Source: Anthoceros angustus
Taxonomy: Eukaryota > Plantae > Anthocerotophyta
NCBI GenBank assembly: GCA_010909165.1
Contig: MU008220.1
Coordinates: forward strand, 62,001-126,000
Length of the DNA stretch: 64,000 bases
Direction: 5' to 3'
Shown: positions 50,671-64,000 of the stretch, in pieces
Layout of the letters: each line of letters opens with the position of its first letter
Position numbering within the stretch: position 1 is the stretch's first letter
The notes under the pieces: model-generated
Told to the model about the DNA's origin: nothing
Databases searched by the model: none
What the model saw: the letters and a program-made list of their open reading frames with translations, nothing else
Translations under genes and position numbers: made by a program

Positions 50671-51537
50671 TCAGTCAAAGGGGAACCTATTACCCATCTT
50701 CTCTTTGAGCTCTAGGATCAAGGCTCCCACCTTTCTTGTTTCCTGCAGTACTGTATACCAGCCAAAGCAGACATGTTAGGGTCACAGTGTTGTTGAGTAT
50801 GTGCAGGCTAAATGGCAGAAAGACAAGTGGATGAAGCATCATTGCTTACATGAAATCGTTGTCTCTTCTGCGTCCATCTCATCCTCATCTTCAGGTAGGT
50901 TAGCAAAAATGTCACGCATATCATCTGCAGAGGGAGTCACAGGGATACTGAATGGTGTAGCTCGGAGCAGAATTCCAGTCTTCTTTCCTTTCACTGCCCC
51001 CTGACTCTCACGAGAGATGATGTACTCCCCGTAGTATGCATGCTCGCCCTCTTCCTTGGGAAAAGCTCTCAGCATCATCTCCTTGTACTCCTCCGTGCTG
51101 ATTCTTCTGCTCAGGTCACCAGGCTTACCAAAGACAATCTCATGAGGAGTCTGCCATACTTCTTGTTTGGTGATCTTCACTGGAATCATAGTCACAGCTT
51201 TGTGTGCCACTTTTCTGCACTGTTGTTCTTGTGTCTTGTCAGGGTCGTCGATGTCGATCGGGTGTGCCTGATGAACCATGTGGAGCACCATTCTTGAGGG
51301 TATGCTTAGTTCTTTGGCACCCATTGGCGCCCTATGTATGCACTCCATTCCTCTGGTACAGGGCGCCATCACGATCGACAATGGTGGCACCAGCCGCAGG
51401 CGATTATCGGGACCTTGCGGCCGGGAAGATGGCCAACTGCGCCGGCACCGGCTGAAGGACAAGATGCGAGCTTGGTGTGGAGGCCATGATTTTATAGCTG
51501 GCGCGAACTCTCTCTTGGAGCGCAACTCTATCTTCAA
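50671..51537 (-). CDS. Spliced antisense accessory gene of c2 (exon 50850-~51537, intron 50751-50849, exon 50671-50750)
   Basis: 232-aa minus ORF whose stop falls just inside a T|GTAAGC donor; branch CCCTAAC; TACAG acceptor. The phase-1 join gives ...EETTIS-L-LQETRKVGALILELKEKMGNRFPFD*. Start codon uncertain. Confidence 0.62.
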
Positions 51538-54500
51538 GCGTAAGTTCGCAAGGCGTAGAACACTGGAGTGAGAGCTGTGTTAACAGCAGAAGGCGTACAG
51601 GAGCATGCAGAACCTCTGACGGGTCCGTAGCATTGTGGAGCCCGTTTCTATGATGGTCAATTAAGAGCAATTAAAGTTTGATTCTGTTCATTGCGCATAA
51701 GAGGGAGTAATGAAATGTTTAATTATATAGTATGCTTATAAACAGACTTACGGTTACATTAGAATAACCGTTAATGCCCTTGTATATAAACAATTAGTTT
51801 TATCAATAATAAATGTTCTCTCTTTTTCTCTTGCGCGCGTCTGCCTCGCATCCGCTCTCGTGCCCCCTGGCACAGATCGCTTTAGGCATCTCCTTCTGCT
51901 TAGCTACCACACAAGTATCGCAAAGTGGGAGATCCTTGAAGCACTTCAGAAGAGGTTCATGATAATAAGATAAATTGTACATCTTGGTAAGTTTATCTTT
52001 GTTGGGGTGACCTATTCATGCATGCCAAAGACTGGCTTGTGCAGCTTGAGATTTTTCAGCAATATATGAGGCTCTTTGGGGGAAGACACTGCAAGTCCAG
52101 TTTATACAAGTCATGAGTAAGCACCCCTTTTGCTATGACTTGGCCTCCTGCACCTCGAGTTTTAAGCAAACAGCCTGCTAAGGTAATGAGCAAATCGTGA
52201 AGTCGGAGTCCCATAAGTTGGCTAACAGAGATGAGATGTTTGGCCATCTGTGGTACATGCAGCACATTGTCCAAGCGGAGCACAAATCCTTCATCAAGCT
52301 GAAAGCTGCAGCAGCCTGTCCCCTGAATGAGAAGTCCGGTATGTGAAAGCTCATCTCCCAATAACACTCTGTCAGAACTATGTGAAGGTATAAAGTTGCT
52401 GAACATAGATCTGTTGTTACAAATATGGGAAGTAGCTCCAGAATCTAAGTACCATTGGTTGGAATTGGGTGCAGAAGCAAGGCATACAATCATCATCATA
52501 ACAGGATGTCTAGTGTTTGATCTAGACTGTGGTGATTTCTCCTTGGCGACAGCATGAGCTTCAGCCTGTTCAGAGGGTTCTCAACTTGTCTTGGATCGCT
52601 AGCCTTCTTCTTTTTGCGTTCGCCCTCCCAGTGGCCTTGTATATTGCACAAGTTGCATGCTCCGATCACTTAGAGGAGCCAGTGAAAACCCAGGTCTTGA
52701 TTAACGCTTCTACAGATCTTCCCTTTGTGAAAAGCACTTTGTCATGCTTGGTCTTGGAAGACTGGCTAGAACTAGCATGGCTTTGCTCCTCTGATGCAGG
52801 CCGACACGCCTGAGACTAATCCGGTGTTGCGCAGATAATCTCGTTCAGACGGTACCAGGATAGTCGGTGTCCACATATAATCATGTGGTTCCACTTATCT
52901 TGTTCGTCTTGTGGTGTGGTTGATGCAGGCTATGCGAGTGTGCCGTCGACCACCAACCATACGTGCCAGGCTTCAAGGGCGGATTTCATCCGCACATGCC
53001 AAACCTCATACTTCAAACCATTGAAGCGATCACGCTCTTTAAATTCAATAAAGGAAGAGAGTTGTTGAAACAGTGGAGCTTATTGGATTGGAGTAGGCGG
53101 ATTGGAGCTAGAGGTTCCTAACATCTTGATCTCTTGCTAATAGCGGCAACTACTGATGCTATGCAATGGGCAGTAGTTGCTTCAACAGGGGATCTAAATG
53201 TAAGGAATGGCCAGTATTGAACTTGAAACATTGTCGTTTTGTGTGAGCAGGTGCGCCGGCAACTATGCAGGAAGCTGAGAATGCCTGCAAGAGCGAGATC
53301 CTGTTGCTAATGGCTCACAGTGGTTGGTATCTCGAGGGAGTACTCGAGGAAGCTGCCATGTCATGGCGCCTGATCTCGTCAACGAGCAGAGTGCGCTCCA
53401 TCAAAGAAATTAATCTGGCCTGCTGAGCAGCAAAGTTGCCAAGTTGGGCGAGAACAATGTCTTGGTTATGGAGACTAAGGAGAATCCATTCTTGAACCAG
53501 AGCCGCACGAGCAGATTTATCAAAACGCCAGTATGTCTAGAAATCACCTTGGCTATCTTGCGACTCTGGGTAGGATGTCCTTGTTTCTTTGATGAAATGT
53601 GCAGAAGAACGTCGATCATGAGCTGCGCAGATCAGTGCTTCAGCACTAGGAGCTATTCGCGTCCGTCCAGGTGAACTTAAATGTCATGGAATTCTAGAGT
53701 AGGAGTGCACATTCTTCTGAGCTGCTAAGCTTGCTTATGTTCACATTTCAGGGTCTGCATAGCGGAAGTTTGTAGTAGGCCGAATGAGCCATAGTGGGAA
53801 TATTTTCTTTTGATTATTCTTCCCCTCCTAGGCACACGATCCTGGCCTCATCAAGAAATGGGTACATGGTCTAGTGACCAGTTGGATGTCTCACCATCAG
53901 CAGAGTAGTGTGAGCACACTCACAACTTTGACATGTCTTAGACTTAGGCTAGACATAGATGTGCGGCTCTGATACCATAAGAAAAGTCAGAGCCGGGAAG
54001 CAGGGAAGCAGAGACTCAATGTACAAAATGAACAAGTAAGTAAGTTAAACACAGGGCTTGGCTGACATACCAAATCTTTTAGGGTTTGTTCATGTAACTT
54101 AATGTAACCTAACAACTCTATAAGTATAGACCACCTATACTTTCTTTGGTATGCTCAACTAGAGGCAAGCCTCTCAACACGCCTTGGCTTGTTTGGCAGC
54201 ATCAAACCTCGACGCAGCAAGCCCTGAAATTGCTCACACTATGAGTCAGTCAGGATCCATTAGTGGTACCTCTCAGTCGTGAGTTGGGATGCGGGGGTTA
54301 TCCTTGGTGTGTTCATGCTTTTCATGGGGCTGGGCTGTAACTCCACATCGTGTAACTCCTCATCTATAAAGCCCCGGAAACGTCTCTAAAAAAAACCCTG
54401 CACATATATTTTCGGTAAGATTTTTTAATTAAAAATTTACGAAATTGGGCAAATGATGCAATCTTCCTGGTACCTACCGTAATGAATGACGCCGATTGGC

Positions 54501-54735
54501 AAATGTCTGTAGCTGGAATGTTAAACTTATCTATCCCCGTTTAGGCGCTCAAATGAATGAGTGGGTAAATAAGCAACGGGGAGTGCACTCTCTTCACCCT
54601 CTTCCCCTCTTTCAGCCTTTGCCCTTGTTCCTCAGCATCCCGTCCCCTTGCAGGCAGAGGCAGCGAGCGCTAGAACAAGTTCCCACCGCATTGCTGTTCC
54701 CCCGTTGCTACCGAGGGCGACGGTGAGGGAGGGCC

Positions 54736-58047
<3,312 letters not shown>

Positions 58048-58432
58048 AGCACGGATTTGAGTCGCAAGAATATGAGCGCCCACCAGCGTCAATTGCTGGT
58101 CTGTTTTTGTGCCTGAGGTCTTCCTTCTTCGAGACTGTTTTGAAATAATGCCTACGATGCCCAGCATCGGTTTCTTCACGTTTGATAGTGTGAGAAACTA
58201 GATTCACCCCGGGATGACGTGAATCGGTGTGCGGATTTCAGGACTCAGCAATGCACGTCAGTGTAGATTGCTTATTCGTTGATCGCTGATTTGTCATTTG
58301 AGCAAATTTTGCAAGAGAGTAACGCCCCTCACTACGTAGCTGGTAAGGAAGTGACAAGTGCTGGATTCCCAGCAGTCTAGGACCACGCCAATTCACTCTT
58401 GCACGAATCTCCGTGCCCTCAATCTCGGCGCT

Positions 58433-59445
<1,013 letters not shown>

Positions 59446-59825
59446 AGCACGGATTTGAGTCGCAAGAATATGAGCGCCCACCAGCGTCAATTGCTGGTCT
59501 GTTTTTGTGCCTGAGGTCTTCCTTCTTGAGACTGTTTTGAAATAATGCCTACGATGCCCAGCATCGGTTTCTTCACGTTTGATAGTGTGAGAAACTAGAT
59601 TCACCCCGGGATGACGTGAATCGGTGTGCGGATTTCAGGACTCAGCAATGCACGTCAGTGTAGATTGCTTATTCGTTGATCGCTGATTTGTCATTTGAGC
59701 AAATTTTGCAAGAGAGTAACGCCCCTCACTACGTAGCTGGTAAGGAAGTGACAAGTGCTGGATTCCCAGCAGTCTAGGACCACGCCAATTCACTCTTGCA
59801 CGAATCTCCGTGCCCTCAATCTCGC

Positions 59826-60467
59826 TCTCAACCTCGTGACACAGCACTAAGCTCCAAGTAGCCTGCCTCTTCTCAACCTCGTGACACAGCACTAAGCTCC
59901 AAGTAGCCTGCCTCTTCTCAACCTCGTGACCTGACACTAAGCTCCAAGTAGCACCTCTTCTCAACCTCGTGACACAGCACTAAGCTCCAAGTAGCCCGCC
60001 TCTTCTCAACCTCGTGACACAACACTAAGCTCCAAGTAGCCCACCTCTTGCTGACGACTCGCAGACAACCTTCTCGAGGTGCCGCCCTCTATTGAAAGAA
60101 TACAATGATGGAGTCTATCTACACCCAGACAACCTTCTCGAGGTGACACTCTCTATTGAAAGAATACAATGATGGAGTCTATCTACACCCAACTGGCTAC
60201 TGTCCTTGACCCCATGATAAGCTTACTAGCTAGCTCTCCACAGCTCTCTCTCAACACAGGGCTTGCAGCCTTGACTCTACAAGAAGCTTACTAGCTAGCT
60301 CTCCACAGCTCTCTCTGAACACAACGCTTGCAGCCTTGACTCCACGACAAGCTTACTAGCTAGCTCTCCACAGCTCTCTCTCTCAACACAAGGCTTGCAG
60401 CGTTGACTCCACGACAAGCTTACTAGCTAGCTCTCCACAGCTCTCTCTCTCAACACAAGGCTTGCAG
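59826..60467. repeat. Second copy of the composite tandem array
   Basis: Same three unit types as 58433-59049. Confidence 0.9.
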
Positions 60468-61778
60468 CGCACACTTTCCTGCTCTCTCAATGAGTGATTG
60501 TATGACACTCAAAGCCCTTGCTCTAGTCCTTATATATCCCGCAGCCTGACCTCAATTAGGCAGCTGTTAACTCAGGGGATTCTTATAGAACACTGATAAT
60601 TAAGAGTCCTCTCTAGGCAGCTCTTCATTAGTGGCTGTAGCAATTTCTCTCTAATAAGAGATTGCATGAAGCATGCAACACAAACAGCTACTAACTTAGC
60701 TTTTTACCTCTTTTAACTTTTCACTTCTTTTCACTTTTCATTTCTTTTCACTTTTCACTTTTCACTTCTTTTAACTTTTCACCTTTCTACCTTATTTCAC
60801 CAGTGCCATTACTGTCTTGCCAAATAGTTCATTAAGACCAGAAATAAAAGACAAAGCTGGGAAGAAACAAGGAACTGAAGACTCCTAGATCAATGTGGCT
60901 TTTGATTGTATCTACAGGCCTCGGAATCCTAGGGACCTGGTTATCGCCGCCCTGTCCCAGCAAGTCGACTCATCAAGATGCTCTTTCAATTCGGAGAGCC
61001 ACTTTCCAACGGCCACAATGTTTGGCGTCCATGCACGCTTAGGGCGGATTCGTATGTCACTCTACTTGGTCCGGTTTTGCATTTAGTCGTGACTTACGAT
61101 GGGTACTAGATTCGATGATGGCTGAGGGAAGGCACGATAGACGTCTTTGAGGGCGGCCTCGCATGCTTCCGAATACGGACGTGGCACCGGTCACCCGAGA
61201 ACCAAGTTACTTGGTTGTTTGGCGACCCACTAAAAATATATTCGGTGGTTTTTTTTAATTGAATTCGAGACTTTATAAATATGTTTAAGTATACCTACAT
61301 CGAAGTCCCCCACTGGGATTTTGATCTGGAGTAACCCCGTAGGACACTAACAGCTAGTGGTCCCGCTTGCTACGAAGACGAAGGTATAATGTTGATAACA
61401 AGTAGATCCAAGAGGCCATGAAGTTGGGAGATAGGTGGCATCCCATCTGAGCACTGATCCGAAGAATGTTTAACTAGGGATTTCCAATGAACTCATGTCT
61501 GGATGTAACTCCTTGGAAGGAGGACTACTCGGTGGTGTTGGCCGGGTCAGGATAATAGATTGGTAAGTTGCAATGAACAAATTTTGTTGCATACTCGAAG
61601 AACCCGAGTGATGAGCAAGTTGAGTGACCATGCGAACTCAACCTTAGTCCCACACACTCTGTGTTCTTTTGTCCTATTCTCAACAAATAGTCATATTATT
61701 TGCCACCTCATATATAAGTACTTGAAGAATGACGTTGTCACGGATAGCACCTTGCAGGATGATATCCATAACAAAATA

Positions 61779-64000
61779 TGTAATAGGTGCATATCAATTA
61801 CGTATTGAGTAATTACATTGTTATGTATTCATAGAAGAATAGAGTACATAAAACAAGCAAGCAACTGAACTTAACTTAATTGCGAAAAGGCATGACCTTT
61901 GGCTAACGGACGTAACCTAATGAAAAGGTAAGTAGCTAAAATAAGACTAGATATACATACACACTATATATCGGAATATAACTAAACCCTAAGTAATGAC
62001 TCAACATTCTATCTCCAATACTCCCACTTGTTGATCATTGCATAAAAGGACAGTCTTCTTCTCCGCGCGCTCCTTGTGAAAGCTGCTGCTTTTGAGCTTG
62101 AGTGTGTGTGTACCAGATTGGCAGCTCCAGGCAACCGACTTCATAAGAGCGTAATGGAACAGCTCAGTGTGAAGGCGATCCCTTACAGGTGTGCCATAAG
62201 CATAATAGCCGCTTACGTCCGTTTTCATTACATCACGGCTTTTGGGCGTGACTCTAAGCAAGATGTCTGCTTCTGAGTCTGAAGACCTCTCCTTACCTGC
62301 CAAACATCGTGTCTACCATAGGGATGCTCTAGGGTTTCTGCAACTAAAACGATTGCCTCTTCTTCTCGTGAGAAGGAAGGAGCGGCTCGAGCGCAAGCGG
62401 TAGGACTTCTGGCGGGCGCCGCCTAGAGGCGGCCAAGGGGACAACGAGGGCAGTGCTTGAGCAACGCCGCTGAGCGCTGCGGCCGGCAGAAGAAGGCAGC
62501 GGCTAAGCAGCCAAGAGCGGCATGGGGGCACCATCCCGTCGTTCTACACCGCCTGAACCTGTAAGACAGACATTCTCATGAGCTTCATTTGATGCCCACA
62601 GATGTGAGGGGTGAATTCTAGTACGCCTCCCGTGAGCCACATCCTCCTGCGCCACCCAAATTCCCTGAGCCCAAAGGAGTTCGCCGACAAGTTGTCACCC
62701 TCGGCTCGTTTGGAAATACATTTGGTATAGGTGTGCAGCCTCAGGGCTGAAGATGGTCCGCGTTCGCGTCCAAGATTGCCCAGGTTTTAAAGACCATGTC
62801 ATCAGCTTCTACAGTAAGTTGCTTAAACTGTTTGTGGCAATCTTCCCTGTTGCATTTTTGCTGTGAGCAACATGTTTGAGCAGCCCCCTGCTAACTTGCG
62901 TGTATCGACCTTGTTCATGTGTGTTGCTCCCCTCACTCCCAGCGTCAAGAACTGGAGGAAGAGAGAGCTGGAGACAAAGAGAGGATTTTCATACCAGAGA
63001 GAAAGGCGGAATTCCCCTGTTACGGTGGAGAAACGTTCACCTCCAAGTCAGATAGTCTTGCTTCCTGGGAGAAGATTTCAGACTCTTCCCCTTCAGTCAG
63101 CATGGGATCCTTGAGGTCTGCTGTGGATTACAGTACCAATGACTCGGACGATGACAGTAATGATTGGGGCTGCACCTAGCTGTTAGGCTAGGTTTTGGTA
63201 GGTGGGGCCTCTGGGTAGCCTTCATGGTTGCCCATGCCAAGACTTTTCATGTGTCTGTAGTGTACATCCCTGCTGAGGGACTTAGTGAACACATCTGCTG
63301 GATTCTCTGCGGTTGGTATATATTCCAGCATGATTTGACCAGACTTGATGAGGTCCCTGATGAAGTGATACTCCACCTCCACGTGTTTCGTGCGAGAGTG
63401 GAATACGGGATTTTTAGCCAAGTTCATTGATCCATGGTTGTCTGTTTTTATCGTGGTGCAGGTTGGGAGTGGCAGCCCTAGTTCCTTGAACAACAATTTG
63501 CACCAAGCAATCTCCTTGGCTGAAACACGATACTCAGCCTCGATGCTTGATGTGGCAACGGTGGGCTGTTTTTTACTGGACCAGCAAATAGGTCCACTGC
63601 TACCATAACGACGTGCCACAGGCGATCTTGTGTATCAACATCTCCGCATAGTCAGTCGTGTATACATCCAACTCGATGTACGCCATGAATAATGTCGAAC
63701 TTGATCCCTATGTTTGATGTTCCTTCAAGTACCTAACGACTCTCTTAACTCCTGTCCAGTGTTTTTGTCCAGGATTTTCAAGATATTGAGAGTACGCTTG
63801 TGGTATAGGCAACATCGGTGTGTGTTGGTGCATAGATAAGTTTGCCAATGCCCTTCCTGTAAGGGATTGACCTCATCTCGTCTTTATCGCTTTGTGTTTC
63901 AGGACTCATGGACTTGCTAAACTTCAGTCCACAAGGTAGTGGGGTAGCTGTTGGTTTTGCATCCTTCAAGCCAAGCTGTTCAGCACATTCTAACAGGTAG
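61779..64000 (-). mobile_element. 3' end of Ty1/copia element c5 (runs off the window)
   Basis: RT/RNase H fragments 63188-64000 (WSSKKQPTVA, RTKHVEVEYHFIRD). PPT CAAGTGGGAG at 62021-62030; the LTR starts TATTGG at 62020, resembles the c1 LTR and ends at ~61779-61781. Confidence 0.9.
62522..63179 (+). pseudogene. Spliced antisense accessory gene of c5 (intron 62814-62942), frameshifted
   Basis: MGAPS... at 62522; PRLVWKYIWYRCAASGLKMVRVRVQDCPGFKDHVISFY then A|GTAAGT; GCTAAC at 62890; CCCAG acceptor. Last exon LEEERAGDKERI...SLRSAVDYSTNDSDDDSNDWGCT*. Confidence 0.68.

Larger units (their letters stand above)
45324..51884 (+). mobile_element. Ty1/copia element c2, full length with TSD
   Basis: 177-bp LTRs 45324-45500 and 51708-51884 (3 mismatches, TAA...TTA). 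TSD GGCAT at 45319-45323 and 51885-51889, PBS 45501-45513, PPT TAAGAGGGAG 51698-51707. Confidence 0.97.
45094..54150 (-). mobile_element. Ty1/copia element c4 (degenerate), interrupted by c2 and cut off by the CACTA-like end
   Basis: PBS at 53965-53977 abuts an LTR ending ...CTTA (outer end uncertain). Gag IEFKERDRFNG at ~53050 and WYLDSGA at ~52450. Integrase LCDTCVVAKQKEMP/FPKQ...LVHSDISG is continuous across c2. Confidence 0.85.

Noticed and set aside
60840-61770. Possible PBS (TGGCGACCCAC ~61220) or gene fragment
   Set aside because: The match is imperfect, no adjoining LTR end or gag was found, and all frames have stops.

Overview
Plant nuclear DNA made almost entirely of nested, partly decayed transposable elements, with one intact host gene. 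A non-seed plant is plausible but not shown. The host gene is the 10-exon mitochondrial F1 ATP synthase beta subunit (54736-58047, 559 aa). There are six Ty1/copia elements, two Athila-like Ty3/gypsy remnants, one CACTA/CMC-type terminus, several tandem arrays, and three local tandem duplications that may be long-read assembly artefacts. Five copia elements (c1 470-7442 +, c3 ~25931-34320 +, c2 45324-51884 +, c4 45094-~54150 -, c5 ~61779-64000 -) share an unusual architecture where the relevant parts survive: short LTRs with TA-type termini, ~0.9-1.2 kb leaders before gag, and a ~1.1 kb spacer between pol and the PPT. The main finding is that this spacer holds an antisense, intron-containing gene lying tail-to-tail with pol. 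In c1, c3 and c5 it has an alignable motif (W-x6-C...[IV]S[FI]Y), then a phase-1 GTAAG intron at the same position, then an acidic last exon. c2 has a different-looking protein with the same spliced antisense layout. All alignments and translations were done by eye and no database searches were run.
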